A program made the position numbers and the translations under genes. The notes beneath the pieces were generated by a model. It was given only the letters and a program-made list of their open reading frames with translations, was not told where the DNA came from and ran no database searches. 64,000 bases of DNA from the human T2T-CHM13v2.0 reference genome, Homo sapiens, in assembly GCF_009914755.1 (NCBI RefSeq), contig NC_060939.1; one strand, 5' to 3'. Of this stretch, positions 1-23,590 are shown piece after piece. Within the stretch, counting starts at the first letter, position 1. Each line of letters starts with the position of its first letter.

Positions 1-169
1 CTAAACTCCCCCCTCCCCTATTTAGACCATGGTATAAAAACAAAACCAGCCCCTTCCTCGGGGCCCAGAGAATTTTGAGCGTTAGCTGCCTCTCGGTCAC
101 TGGCTAATAAAGGACTCCTTAATTTGTCTCAAAAGGTGGCGTTCCTCTATAACTCGCTTGGTTACAACA
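1..169 (+). mobile_element. 3' part (R/U5) of an ERV1-type LTR, cut by the window edge
   Basis: TATA-like GGTATAAAA at ~31, AATAAA at ~106 and a terminal ...GTTACAACA. Family not resolved. Confidence 0.6.
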
Positions 170-869
170 GTCCACACTGTGGCCTGAGGTGCATCACCCA
201 CCTGAGCTTCATCTGTTAGGTATGTCAGGGAAGATAAGCAGGGTGAGAGAGGCCTCATCAGAGGACCCCAGATCTCTGGCTTCCCCATCTGGCAAGTGCA
301 CCTCTGTGAACAAAGACTTCAGAGCCAGATGACAAGAACGACCCAAGCAATCCACCAGGGAAACCTGGGCCCAGTGTACATCAATGCAGAGCATCAAGCA
401 CGGTGTAACAGGTGCACAGTTGCCTATTCCTGTTCAGAGATGACTGCGTCTCACACACTGTAAAATGAGGAAATGCAGAGAAGCAGATGTAACTGAAGAA
501 GACAGCAGGAACAACAAGGAGGGACAACCATGACCTAGGAGGGCACCATGCCAGAGACGCCTGGACCCTACGCTAGGGTCAGTGCTTGTTATACTCTTGG
601 GACCCAGCGCTTTCCTTCTCCGTCATGTGGCATACTTGGCATTATTTGTTGTTTAAAATATTGTCCTTAGTTTTTACCTTTCATAGGAGACACAGGCAGA
701 CCCTGTGACACTACAGTGTCTGGCACACAGTAGGTGCATCACAAACATCTGCCGACTTCACACTCTGTTGCCTTCTCAAGCCTTCTTGTCAAGTCTTCAG
801 TGAAAAGGAATTGCTGATTGAGCAAGAATTAAACTTCTAGAGACTCCTGGATCCACTGAAGTTTGAGAC

Positions 870-1250
870 AAGGTGAGATTTGTTTACTGCTATATTCCTA
901 GCTCATAGCATACTGTAGTCAATTAAAAAATGTTTGTTGAATCAGTGAGTGAATTGATTCATACGTCATACTTAGCTATATATTTTCCGAGTAAAATTGA
1001 TAAATTTAATGGTTTACTTCTAGTATAATTTTACTTTACTTATTCAACAAACCTGACAATTCAACTAGGTGCCAGGCACACCGCTGCTGAAGAAAAAGAG
1101 GTATAAGATACAATTTCTGTCTACAAGAAGGCCACGGTCTAAAAAGTAGAAACATATGAACAAATCATAACAATAAACAGGCTAAATTCAAAATCAGAGG
1201 GGTTTGTTTCTATTTTAAACAGCTCTTGTCAGGAAGTGCGAGAAAGTTCT
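870..1250. mobile_element. Ancient L2 3'-end fragments (both orientations)
   Basis: L2-like ends 'aatgtttgttgaatcagtgagtgaat' and 'ttattcaacaaa...ctaggtgccaggcac'. Confidence 0.5.
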
Positions 1251-1930
1251 AAACAAGAAATGATCCAACACACCATCCAAGCATGAAGCAGAAGACACCC
1301 ATAATTGAGTTTGCTTCCACCAACCCCAACAGCAAGAATTCCAGTCCTGCTGCTACAAAGTAAGTGTCACTCTGATTTTATTACTGCTGTGTAATGCAGT
1401 TTTAGACTCTTGGGTTTTCACTTAATGTTCTAAAAAAGTATTAAAGAGAAAATATTTTTATGGTGATGAGCCCATCCACTGCAGCCATCTCAACATCATA
1501 CCAGTTATAAGCCCTATCATTTAAAAAGAAAACTGTTAGTTTAACTTATTTATCCAAATATCAGTATTAGATAAACATGTTTGTCATCAGACTTTGGATT
1601 TATGGGTTAAATAGCATATAAATATGATTAGAGCCTTAAAGTTTACACTTTTCTGGTTTGCTCAAATTTTATTCAAAATAACATATGTCTTTCAAAAAAA
1701 TTGTTAGTATATATTTTTAAATGAACATTAAAATATATATTTTCCAAAAACAAAATACAGCTCCCATTGGTAAATGATGATGTTGAGATACAACAGACAA
1801 CTTCTCTTGGGAACCATTTAATCAGTGCTCACTTTTGCACTCTTTCCAGAAATGTCAATGGCTTTAAAATGCAAAAGTATATTATACAACTAAACTTACA
1901 CTTATCAGTATTGTGCAATATTTAGTACTT

Positions 1931-2484
1931 GTTCTAGCTATCTCTTGCTGAATAGTAAGCCATTCCAAAACTTAAGGAATTATTTATTGTTTAATATTGT
2001 TTATTGTTATTATTTGTTTAGTGATTTTAAATAATGTTATTTCTCATGGTTTTGTGGGTTGACGGGCACTACAAAAGTTCTCTTTTGGAGTCTTTCTTGC
2101 AGTTGTGGTTGGTTGGCTGCTGCTGAAGTCACCTGAAAACTCAACTAGGCTAAAGAGCCTAGACGGGTCACTCGCATGGCTGGCAGTGCATGTTGGCTGC
2201 TGAGTGTGATGCGTATCTGGCCTCTCCATGTTATCTGGAGTGCTCACAACGTGGTAGTTGGTCCCAAGAGGCACAGGCAAATACTACAAAGCTTCTTAGG
2301 ACCTAGCCTTGGAGGTCCTAGAATACAACTTCTGCTCCATCCTATTGGTAAAGCAAGTCATTGTGATCAGCACAGATTCAAGAAATGGGAGATTCGACTC
2401 TAACTCTCCATGTAAAGAGCAGCATGTTCATGCAGGGAGGAAAGAAATTGAGGGCATCATCTTGAAGACTATCATATTACACCA
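1931..2484 (-). mobile_element. Old MLT1-type (MaLR) LTR
   Basis: MLT1-like segments 'ccaaaacttaag...ctcatggttttgtgggttga' and 'ctattggtaaagcaagtca...cagattcaag'. Confidence 0.55.
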
Positions 2485-3096
2485 TTATTCCAACTAATGA
2501 ACATTATGTTTTAGATGGGTAGTACTAGCTACTCATCTCTCCCCCAGAAACCCAAGCTAAGCATGGACATATTGAAGAGAATGTCAACACCATTAAAAAA
2601 ACTCTAGAAAAATCACATGTGATGACTGAGGTTAATTCAGTCTGTCAATTACATCAATATAATTCCCTCTTGTAACCCTAAATATGGTGAAGCAGAATTG
2701 AATTCTACAAAAGTCTTTCATCTGTTTTCCTATGGAATAATTAACAAACCCAATAAATGTATAAATAGTATGAAGTCCAATTTATTTTAGATTTTTACCT
2801 CTTAATTTCAAAGCTTATAGAAATCCATAGAACTAATCATCATAATCCATAATGCCTGGACCAGAAGTCCTTGTTCTAAGAGTGTCTTGTGGCATGCTAA
2901 AAACGTATTACTAACTGGGAATTTTAAAACTTTTTGGTTAGTGATTTTAAGAGAGATGACTAGCTCATCACCACAATTCACGCAGATCAAGAAAGGAGAT
3001 TATTCTGCTGAGTGGATTAATAGTGATCAGAAAAAAAATCACAAAAGAGGAAAGGAGATAGAGAAGGGGAAACATACAGTCAATCACTACAATTAA

Positions 3097-3495
<399 letters not shown>

Positions 3496-3496
3496 T

Positions 3497-4352
3497 CCTC
3501 TTGTTTTGAGAAGTGTCTGTTTACGTTCCTTGTCAATGTTTTAATGGGGTTGTTTTCTTAATGTTCAACATCACTAATCATCAGATAAATGTAAATCAAT
3601 GTGAGATACCATCTCATATTAGTCAGAATGGCTACTATTAAAAAGTAAAAAAATAACAAATTCTGGTTAGACTTCAGAGAAAATGAAATGCTTATACACT
3701 GTTGGTGAGAATGTAAATTAGTTCAGCCACTGTGAGAAGCAGTTGGGAGATTTTTCAAAGAATTTAAAACAGAAGTACCATTCAACCAGCAATTCCATTA
3801 CTGAGTATACATCCAAAAGAAAATTAAAAATTCTACAAAGAGAAACCCCACATGCACTTGTATATGCGTCATATTGCTATTCACAATAGGGAAGGCATGG
3901 AATTAACTTATGTGTTAATCAATAAATTGGATAGAAATATGTGCCACATATACACCATAAAATACTATGCACACATTAAAAAGAATACAATCATGTCCTG
4001 TGCAGCAACATGCATACGTCTGGAGGCCATTATCCTAGGGAAATTAATACAGGAACAGAAAACCAAATACCACATGTTCTTGCCTATAAGTAGGATCTAA
4101 ACATGGGGTACTCATGAATATAAAGATGACAGCAATAGACACTGAGAACTACTAGATGAAGGAGGAAAGGAGGAGGGGAGGGGGTGAGAAACTATGAGTT
4201 CTATGCTTACTGCCTAGCTGATGGGATCAATTATATCCCACAATATATGCTCACTACCTTGGTGATGGGATCAATAATATCCCACATTGCTTAGCATCAC
4301 ACAATATATCCAGGTAATAAACCTGCAAATATACTCCCTGAATCTAAAAAAT
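3497..4352 (+). mobile_element. 5'-truncated old L1PA (L1PA15/16-like) 3' end with a short inverted 5' segment
   Basis: ORF2 C-terminus and 3'UTR ('acaatatatccaggtaataaacctgc...ctgaatctaaaaa'). 3497-3560 is antisense L1 sequence. 44-bp tandem duplication at 4202-4286. Confidence 0.75.
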
Positions 4353-7186
4353 TTAAGGCAGAGACAGAATAAGAGGGCAGAAGAGAAGCCTACATTCTCA
4401 TCCACCACACAAAAACACCAAATTTTCACAATTCACTACATCCAAGAAGCACTGTCAAAGGGACTAAAAATTGGGTGAGCAATCACAGTGCCTGGTATTA
4501 ACTTCATATCATTGAAACAGACATTGGAGAAGATAAACAAATAAAAGACGGTCTAGAAGCAAGGATGCCACCTCTTTTTCAACCACCAGTAGTGGCTACA
4601 TCTGCAGAGATAGTATGTTTGTGAGAGGGAGAGCATAGTTTGTGAGGCTTTGCAATAAACTCAGTACTACCCTGTCACAGTGAAAAGCAGAACCAGACTG
4701 TACTCAGCTGACATCTCCCAATTGGGGGAGCACTTGTATTGGCCTTACAAAGAGGAATACCTCCCATCCCAGTATTGGGAGCTTCAGTTTTTACAAGTCT
4801 TGCCGTGATGTGTTGACGTGCTATTGGACTCTAAGAGAACTTAAGGGGCAGTCTAGGCCACAAGGACTTCAATTATCAGGCAAGTCATATTCCGAGCTGG
4901 GCTCAGAGCCAGTTGAATGTGGAGGGTGGGGAGAATGAGGTCTACTGAGACAGCAACCAGAGAAGCTAAGGGAGTGCTCACAACACCACTAACCCACTCC
5001 CACCTAGCAGCAGCCACACAACACAAAGAAACCTGTGAATTTGGGAGAGGGAGCGCACAGTGATTAGAGGAACCAGAATAAAAAACAGTGACAACCAGGT
5101 AATACACCATGGGCATTGGGCTCTGAGAAGCGCTAACTTCAGGGGTGACCCAGTACATTTCCAGCTGTGGTAGCTGTGGTGAAAGACTTCTGTTTGAGAA
5201 AAGCAGGGGGGAAAGTAAAGGGACCTCTGCGTTGCAAATGATATGCCAGCTCAACCGCAGTGGGGTAGAGCACCAAGCGGATTCTTAGAGTCCCTGAGTC
5301 CAGGCCTAGGGTCTTCTTGGTCAGCATTTCTGCATTTGCCCTGGGCCAAAGGTCGAGTCCCAGGCATTGCAGAATTTATCACAAGATAATTAAAGAGTCC
5401 TTGGGCTTTAAGTGAGAAAGTGATGATGATTTGGTGGAAACCCCCCATGGGCCAGTAGTGTTGGCAGTCATAGAAGAGGCTCTTCTGCCTGAAGACAGGG
5501 GAAGGAAGAGTAGAAAATACTTTGTCTTATTCCCTAAGTGCAAGGTTAGCTACAATAAAATAGAAGAACAGGTAAATTTTGAAGATCCTATGCTTTAATC
5601 TGTGGCTCCCAGGTAGCATCTGTGGACCCACTCATGGCTAGGGGAACTTGCCACCCTATAGGCAGAGACACAATCCTGGCTGACTTTGCCATCTATTAAT
5701 CACAGAGTCCTAGGGCTTTGAATAAACTTATATGGTAGCCAAGTAGTGGTTGCAGTGGGCCTTGCGTGAGACCAAGTTCTGTGCCTACTTCAGGTGTGAA
5801 CCAGCACAGTCTCAGTGGTGGTGGCCACAGGAGTGCTTATGTTACCCAAACCCCAGCTCCACATGTCTCAGCACAGAAAGAGAGACTGCTGATTTGAGAT
5901 AAAGTAAGGGAAGAGAACATGAGTCTCTACTTGATAAATCAAGAGAATTTTTTTTTGATATTAATCCAAGGCCACCAAGGCAGTACCTCTACGTGTTTGC
6001 ATAAACTACAGTGCTATTGGGTTTGGGACCCAAGTTTCTTTGAATACCTGGAAAGTGTTCCCAAAGTTAATGGGCACTAACAAGCCCAGACTGTGAAGAC
6101 TACAATAAAGACTGAACTCTTCAATGCCCAGATACAGATGAACATCTACATGTATCAAGGCCATCCAGGAAAACATGACCTCACCAAACAAGCTAAATAA
6201 ACTGCCAGGGAAAAATCCTGGAAAAACAGAGATATGTGACTTTTCATACAGGAAATCCAAAATAGCAGGTTGAGGTAATTCAAAGAAATGTACAATATAA
6301 CACAGAGAAGGAATTCAAAATTCTATCAGATAAATTTTAACAATGAGATTGAAATAAAAAGAATAAAGCAGAAATTCTGAAGTTAAAATGCTATTGTCAT
6401 ACTGAAGAATGGATCAGAATTACTTAAAAGAATTGACCAAGGAGAAGACAGATTTAGTGAACTTGAATTCAGACTATTTAAAAATACAAAGTCAGAGGAG
6501 ACAAAAAAGAATAAAAAATAAAGAATGTCTATAGAATTTAAAAAATAGCCTCAACATAGCAAATCTAAGAGTTATTGGCCTTAAATAGGAGGTAGAAAAA
6601 GAGATGAGTTGAATATTTATTTAAATAAATAAAATTAAATAATATTGAACAATTCCTCAAATTTGATATCAACATTCGAGTAACAAAAAGTTACAGAACA
6701 GAAAGCAGATTTAACCCAAAGAAGACCACCTCAAGGCACCTAACTGAACTCCCAAAGGTTAAGGATAAAGAAATGATTCTAAAAGCATCGAGAGAAGAGA
6801 AACAAATAACATTCAGTGGAACTCCAATACATCTGACAGCAGAATTTTCAGGGAAAAATTTACAGGCTGGGAGACTGGCAAGACATATTTAAAAAGCTGA
6901 AGAAAAAAAGACTTTTACTTTAGAATAATGTATCTGGCAAAAACGTCTTTTAAACTTGACAGAAAAATAAGAACTTTTTCCGACAAAGAAAAACTGAGGG
7001 ATTTCATTAACACCAGACCTGTCCTACAAGAAATGCTAAAGGGATATCTTAACCTAAAAGAAAAAAAGTGAGCAAGAAGAAATCATCTGAAGGTACAGGA
7101 CTCACTAGCAATAGCACATGGAAAAACACAGAATATTATAATATGGCAATTATGGGGTGCAAAAATCTCAAATACAAAGAGTAAAC

Positions 7187-11813
<4,627 letters not shown>

Positions 11814-12994
11814 TGTTTTGCTTGTTTCTTTGTTTATGCAATCAGTGTTAAATTGTCCAGTCTAAAATCATGTATTATATTATTTTCAAGCCTCATGGTA
11901 ATTTCAAATCAAAAAGTGTACCACAGATATACAAAAAGTAAAAAGCAAGAAATTAGATTATAATTCAAGAGAAATCACCTTCACTAAAAGGAAGACAGAA
12001 AGAAAGGAAAGAAGGAAGAGAGGAAAAAAATCAATCAGAAAACAAAAAATAGCAGAAGTAAGTGCTTATGACTGATAACATTGAATTTAAATGAACTAAA
12101 TACTTCAGTCAAAAGAAAAATAGTGGATGAGTGGATAGAGAAGCAGGACAATAATGTGTGACCTACAAAAAAACACATTTTACCTATAAAGATACATTTA
12201 GACTGAAAATAAAAGGATGGAAAAAGTTATTCCATGCCAATAGAGAACAAAAAAAGTAGAAATAGCCATACTTATACCAGAGAAAAATAGATTTCAACAA
12301 AAGACTATAGGAAGAAATTAAAAGGTCATTATATGATAATAAAGAGATTAATTCATCAAGAGGATATAATAATTGAAAATATATATGCACCCAACACTAA
12401 AGCACCTAGATAAATGAAGCAAATATTATAAGAGCTAAAGAAAGAGACCTCAATACAATAATGGCTGGACACTTCAACACCCCACTTTAGTCATTGGATA
12501 GATCTTCCAGACAGAAAATAAATAAAGAAACATCAGACTTAATCTGTACTATAGAACAAATGAAACTAATAGATATTTACAGAAAATTTCATCCAACAGC
12601 TGCAGAATACACATTCTTCTCCTCAGCACATGGGTTATTTTCAAGGATAGACCATACGTTAAGTAACAAGTCTAAAAACATTCCAAAAAATTGAAGTAAT
12701 ATCAAGCATTTTCTCTGACTACAGGGGATAAAACTAGAAATCAATTAAAAAGGAATTTAAGAAACTATACAAACACATGGACATTAAGCAATATGCTCCT
12801 GAATGATTAGTAGGTCGATAAAAAAGTTAATAAGAAAATAGAAAAATTTCTTGAAACAAATGATAAAGGAAACATAGCATAGAAAAACCTATGGAATATA
12901 GTAAAGGAGGTACTATTATAAAAGGAAAATTTATGTCTGTAAGTGCCTACATAAAAAACAGAAAAGTTTCAAATAAATAACCTAACAATACATC

Positions 12995-13390
12995 TTTTTT
13001 TTTCATAATAAAATCAGTGCTTTATGTCACAAAGTTTTGAGACAGTTTGTTACATGGCAATAGCCAGAAAACAGCCCTACACTATGATTGGCACGGGGCC
13101 CACCCACTGTTCTCCAGTCCCCATGGCTTCTCCACTGCCCTGAAATGCCATAAGAAATTCATTCTGAGCCTGAATAAAATGGAATCAAACACTTTCCTAC
13201 AGGCTATTTTTTTTCAATAACTTCCTCCCAAGATAACCCAAGGATTCAAAATGGTTTGCAGAGCCTCACCATTGTCCTCACTTGACAGGAAATATGTAGA
13301 CAGCCTTTGTTCCCATGGAAAGTTTGAAGAACCTGAATCTGACAAACCACACAGGAGGTAATCTCCTCTTGGCAGAGTTTTCCACAGGTG
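12995..13390 (-). other. Polyadenylated non-L1 segment (probable L1 3' transduction) that includes an MLT1-like LTR end
   Basis: T-run at 12995-13003, CATAAA on the minus strand ~18 nt upstream of it, and outer TSD AACAATACATCTT (12984-12996 / 19466-19478). Confidence 0.7.
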
Positions 13391-13648
13391 CTGAATTTCT
13401 TTTATTTATTTATTTATTTTTTATTTATTTATTTATTATTATTATTATACTTTAAGTTTTAGGGTACATGTGCACAATGTGCAGGTTAGTTACATATGGA
13501 TACATGTGCCATGCTGGTGTGCTGCACCCACTAACTCGTCATGTAGCATTAGGTATATGTCCCAATGCTATCCCTCCCCCCTCCCCCCACCCCACAACAG
13601 TCCCCAGAGTGTGATGTTCCCCTTCCTGTGTCCATGTGTTCTCATTGT

Positions 13649-17466
<3,818 letters not shown>

Positions 17467-17529
17467 TATGATGTTTGCTGGTTATTTTGCTCGTTAGTTG
17501 ATGCAGTTTCTTCCTAGTCTTGATGGTCT

Positions 17530-18546
17530 TTATATTTTGGCATGATTTTGCAGTGGCTTGTACCGGATGTTCCTTTCCATGTTTAGCACTTCCTTCAGGA
17601 GCTCTTTTAGGGCAGGCCTGGTGGTGGCAAAATCTCTCAACATTTGCTTGTCTGTAAAGGATTTTATTTCTCCTTCACTTGTTAAGCTTAATTTGGCTGG
17701 ATATGAAATTTGGTGTTGAAAATTATTTTCTTTAAGAATGTTGAATATTGGCCCCCACTCTCTTCTGGCTTGTAGAGTTTCTGCCGAGAGATCCACTGTT
17801 AGTCTGATGGGCTTCCCTTTGAGGGTAACCCGACCTTTCTCTCTGGCTGCCCTTAACATTTTTTCCTTCATTTCAACTTTGGTGAATCTGACAATTATGT
17901 GTCTTGAAGTTGCTCTTCTCGAGGAGTATCTTTGTGGCATTCTCTGTATTTCCTGAATCTGAACGTTGGCCTGCCTTGCTAGATTGGGGAAGTTCTCCTG
18001 GATAATATCCTGCAGAGTGTTTTCCAACTTGGTTACATTCTCCCCGTCACTTTCAGGTACACCAATCAGACGTGGATTTGGTCTTTTCACATAGTCCCAT
18101 ATTTCTTGGAGGCATTGCTCATTTCTTTTTATTCTTTTTTCTCTAAACTTCCCTTCTCACTTCATTTCATTCATTTCATCTTCCATCGCTGATACCCTTT
18201 CTTCCAGTTGATTGCATCATCTCCTGAGGCTTCTGCATTCTTCACGTATTTCTCAAGCCTTGGTTTTTGGCTCCATCAGCTCCTTTAAGCACTTATCTTT
18301 ATTGGTTATTCTAGTTATACATTCTTCTAAATTTTTTTCAAAGTTTTCAACTTCTTTGCCTTTGGTTTGAATGTCCTCCCGTAGCTCAGAGTAATTTGAT
18401 CGTCTGAAGCCTTTTTCTCTCAGCTCATCAAAGTCATTCTCTGTACAGCTTTGTCCCGTTGCTGGTGATGAACTGTGTTCCTTTGGAGGAGGAGAGGCAC
18501 TCTGCTTTTTAGAGTTTCCGGTTTTTCTGCTCTGTTTTTTCCCCAT
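17530..18546 (-). pseudogene. L1 ORF1p, disrupted
   Basis: MGKKQSRKTGNSKKQSASPPPK ... stop at 18253. The C-terminal part (17530-18090) is a separate ORF. Confidence 0.92.
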
Positions 18547-19001
18547 CTTTGTGGTTTTATTTACTTTTGGTCTTTGATGATGGTGAAGTACGGATGGGAT
18601 TTTGGTGTGGATGTCCTTTCTGTTTGTTAGTTTTCCTTCTAACAGACAGGACCCTCAGCTGCAGGTCTGTTGGAGTACCTGGCCCTGTGAAGTGTCAGTC
18701 TGCCCCTGCTGAGGGATGCTTCCCAGTTAGGCTGCTCGGGGGTCAGGGGTCAGGGACCCACTTGAGGAGGCAGTCTGCCCGTTCTCAGATCTCTAGCTGT
18801 GTGCTGGGAGAACCACTGCTCTCTTCAAAGCTGTCAGACAGGGACATTTAAGTCTGCAGAGGTTACTGCTGTCTTTTTGTTTGTCTGTGCCCTGTCGCCA
18901 GAGGTGGAGCCTACAGAGGCAGGCAGGCCTCCTTGAGCTGTGGTGGGCTCCACCCAGTTCGAGCTTCCCGGCTGCTTTGTTTACCTAAGCAAGCCTGGGC
19001 A

Positions 19002-19310
19002 ATGGTGGGCACCCCTCCCCCAGCCTCACTGCCACCTTGCAGTTTGATCTCAGACTGCTGTGCTAGCAATCAGGGAGACTCCATGGATGTAAGACCCTGT
19101 GAGCCATGTGTAGGATATAATCTCCCGGTGCACCGTTTTTTAAGCCCGTTGGAAAAGTGCAGTATTTGGGTGGGAGTGACCCGATTTTCCCGGTGCCTTC
19201 TTTCACCCATTTCTTTGACTAGGAAAGGGAACTCCCTGACCCCTTGCACTTCCCGAGTGAGGCAATGCCTCACCCTGCTTTGGCTCGTACACGGTGTGTG
19301 CACCCACTGA
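19002..19310 (+). CDS. L1 antisense ORF0-like open frame (102 aa), expression unknown
   Basis: ATG at 19002 gives MVGTPPPASLPPCSLISDCCASNQ..., which matches the primate L1 ORF0 N-terminus (MAGAPPPASLPPCSLISDCCASNQ). Confidence 0.5.
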   Translation: MVGTPPPASLPPCSLISDCCASNQGDSMDVRPCEPCVGYNLPVHRFLSPLEKCSIWVGVTRFSRCLLSPISLTRKGNSLTPCTSRVRQCLTLLWLVHGVCTH

Positions 19311-20132
19311 CCTGTGCCCACTGTCTGGCACTCCCTAGTGCGATGAACCCGGTACCTCAGATGGAAATGCAGAATTCACCCATCTTCTGCATCGCTCACG
19401 CTGGGAGCTGTAGACTGGAGCTCTTCCTATTCAGCCATCTTGGTTCCTCTTCCTGAATTTCTTTGAACAATACATCTTAATTAACTACAATGAAAAGACC
19501 AAACCTAACCCAAAATTAGAAGAAAAGAAATAATAAAGATTAGAGCATAAGTAGATAAAGTTAAAATAATGAAAATAATGTAAAGAATTAATGAAAGACA
19601 AAGTTGATTTTTTGAAAAGTAAAACTATTGACAAATATTTAAACAGGGTAACTGAAAAACAGAAAAGATACAAATTAGTAAAATCAGAGGTGAAAAAGGA
19701 GACATTACAAGTAACGCTTCAGAAAAGCAAAGGATCATTAGTGAATACTATCTGCAATTTTATGCCAACAAATTAGAAAACCTAGACGAAATTCTTAGAC
19801 ACACACAACTTACCAAGATTGAACTAGGAATAAATCTAAAACCTGAACAGACCAATAACAATTAACAAAATTAAAGCCTTAATAAAAAAGTCTGTTTAGA
19901 CCAGACTGAAAACTAGAGAAGGAAAGAACATTTCCAAACTCATTCTTTGAGGCTAGTATTACCCTGATATCAAAACCAAAGACATATTAAAAAAAGCAAA
20001 CTACAGGCCCATATCTGAGAATATTGGTGCAAAAATTTGCAAAACACCTAGCAAAGTGAATTAAACAATACATAAATAGGTAATTAATAATGACCAAGTG
20101 GGATTTATCCCAGGGATGCAAGGATAGTTCAA

Positions 20133-20404
<272 letters not shown>

Positions 20405-20815
20405 CAAGGACAAAATCCATATAATAATTTCAATTATGCTAAAAAATTTTTGATAAAATTTAATATTCTTTAATAATAAAAAACCCTTTGAAAACTGGGT
20501 ATGGAATGAACATACCTCAATATAATAAAAGTCATATATGACAGACCCACATAATAAAAGTCTTATATGACAGACCCACAGCTAGTATCACACTAAGTGA
20601 ATGAAAAACTAAAAGCCTTTCCTCTAAAATCTGGAAGATGACAAGAATGTCCACTTTTACCACTGTTATTCAACATAATGCTGAAAGTCCTATCTGGAGC
20701 AATCAGACAGAAGAAAGCAATAAAACGCATCCCAACTGGAAAAGAAGTCAAATTACCTTTTTTTTTTTTTTGCCAATGATATAATCTTATATTGGAAAAA
20801 GCATAAAGACTCCTC

Positions 20816-23246
20816 TGATAGGGTTTGAATGTGTGTCCCCTCCCAAATCTCATATTTAAATGTAATTCTCAATGTTGGAGATGGACCTGGTGAAAGGTGA
20901 TTTAACTATTGGGGTGGATTACTGATAAATGGCTTAGCACCATCCCATTTGGTGCTATCCTCCTGATAGTGAGTGAGTTCCCATAAGATCTGGTTATTTA
21001 AAACTGTGTAACAACTCGCCCTTCTGTTTTTTGCTCCTTCTTTTTGCCCTGTGATGTGCAAGATTCTGCTTCAACTTCTGCCATGACTGTAAACTTCCAG
21101 AGACCTCCCCAGAACCATATTCCAGTGCTATGTCTTCTCTACAGCCTGTAGAATCATAAGCCACTTAAACCTGCTTTGTAAAAAATAAATTATCCAGTCC
21201 CACTCTCATAGTGATGCAAAAATAGCTTAAGACAGAAAATTGGCACCAAGGAATGGAAAATGGTTATAAGAATACCCCAAAATGTGGAATCAGCTTTGTA
21301 ATTGGGTAAACAGGCAGAAGTTGGAAGAGTTTGTAGGATTCAGAAGACAGAAAAATGAGGGAAAGTTGAGATTTTCTTAGAGACTGGTTGAATGTCTGTG
21401 ACCAAAATGCTGATAGTGATCTGGACAGTGAAGGCTGGGCTGAGGAGGTCTCAGATGAAAACTAGAAACTTATTGGGACTGAAAGAAAGGTCATGCATGT
21501 TGTCTTAGCAAAGTTGTTGGCTGAATTTCTGTCATGCCCTAGGGATATATAAAAGTTTGAATTTGAAATTGATGATTTAGGTTTTCTGTTGGAAAAATTT
21601 GTGATGTGGCCTGGCTGCTTCTAACAACCTATGCTCACATGATCTAGCAAAAAAAAAATAAAATAAAATAAGTAGTAACTTATACTTACAAAAGAAGCAT
21701 AGTGTAAAACCTTGAAAATTAGCAGCCTAGTCGTGTGGCTGAAATATACAAAGCTTTTATAAGAGAGGAACTCAAGCAGGATATGGGTCAACAACTTGTT
21801 AGAGATATTTGTATAACCTAAAAAAAAGCAAGTGTTGATAGCCAAGACAATGGGAAAGAGGAATTGAAGGCATTTTAGAAATCTAAAAGGCAGCCCCCCA
21901 TCACAGGCCCTGAGGCCTAAAAGAAGAGAATAGTTTCTGGGATCAGGCCTAGGACCTGCTGCCTTGGGTAGCTTTGGAACAAGGCTCCCTGCATCCTGGC
22001 CATTGCTTCAGCTCCAGGTGTAGCTCAAATTGACCCAGTTACAACTCCAGTCACTGCTTCGGAGGGTGCAAGCCATAACCTTGGTAGCTTCCATGTGGTG
22101 TTAGGCCTGTGGGTTTACCAAATGCAAGTAGTTGAGACTTGGGAGCCTCCACCTTTATTTCAAATGATGTATGAAAAAGCCAGGGTATGCAGGCAGAAGC
22201 ATGCTGCAGGGGTAAAGCCCTCATGGAGATCCTCTACTAAAACAATGGAGAAAAGAAATGTAGGATGACAGTTCCCAGGCAGGCTCCCCACAAGGTCATG
22301 GCCTAGTAGATCTGTGAGGAGAGGATCACTGTCCTCCAGACTCCAGAATGGTAGCTCTAGCTACAGCCTGCACCTTGCACCTTGAAAAGCCAGAGGCACA
22401 GAATGCCAGCCCATGAGAGCAGCTGTGCGGGCTGAACCATGCAAAGTCACAAGGTAGAACCTTCCCAAAGCATTAGTGTGCCCTGGAAATGGGACACAGA
22501 GTCAAAAATAATTATTTTGGAGCCTTATAATTCAATAACTGCCCTTCTGGGTTTCAGAATTTCATGGGTCCTGTGGCCCCTTTCTTTTGGCTGATTTCTT
22601 CATTTTAGAATAGGAGTATTTACCCAATGCCTCTGCCTCATTTGTATCTTGGAAGAACCTCACTTGTTTTTTTTTATTTTACAGGCTTATAGGAGGAAGA
22701 AATTAGCCTTGTCTTAGATGAGACTTTTGACTTTTGAGTTAAGGCTGAAATCAGTTAAGACTTTGGGGATTATTGGGAAGTCATGATTGCATTTTGAAAT
22801 ATGAGAAGGATATGAAATTTGGAATGGCCAGGAGCAAAATGATACAGTTTGGATGTGTATTCCCACCAAAATCTTATATTGAAATATAATTCTCAATGTT
22901 GGAAGTGGGCCTAGAGGGGAGGTGATTGAATCATCAGGGCAAGATTTCCATGAACAGTTTGGCATCATTTCCTTTGGTGCCATTCCCACAATAGTAAGTT
23001 TTTATCAGAGCTGGTTATCTACAAGTGTGTGTCACACTTCCCACCTGCCCTCGCACTTAACATGTGATGTGCGAGCACCAGATTTATTTTTCACCTTGTC
23101 AGTTGTCAGAGGCTTCCCCAGAAGCAGAAGCCAGTGCTATGCTTTCTGTACAGCGTGTAGAACAATGAACCAATTAAACCTATTTTCTTTATAAATTAAC
23201 CAGTCACTAATTACTTTTTATAGCAATATGAGAATGGTCTAATACA
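20816..23246 (+). mobile_element. Complete MSTA-type MaLR provirus (LTR 20816-21234, internal 21235-22839, LTR 22840-23246)
   Basis: Two TG...CA LTRs of MSTA type around a ~1.6 kb MST-int region. 5-bp TSD TCCTC/TCCAC. Confidence 0.88.
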
Positions 23247-23590
23247 TCCACCAAAAACTATTAGAAGTAATAACTTGAGTAAATTTGCAGAATACAAATC
23301 AACATATACAAATCAGTAGGATTTCTATATGCCAACAGTCAACAAACTGAAAAAGAATTCAAAAATGTAATACTATTTGCAGTAGCCACAAATAAAATGT
23401 GTGGAAATTTACCAAAGAAATAAAAGTTCTCAACAATTAAAACTGTAAAACACTGATAAAAGACATGAAAAAGGACTCCAAAATTGGAAAGATATGTTTA
23501 TGTTCACAGATTGGAAGAATCAGTATTTTTAAAATGTCCATACAATCCATAGCAATCTATACATTTCATGCCATCTCTATCAAAATAACA

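Noticed and set aside
1355-1368. Strong splice-donor-like AAA|GTAAGT
   Set aside because: Isolated motif with no definable exon or partner sites; expected by chance in 64 kb.
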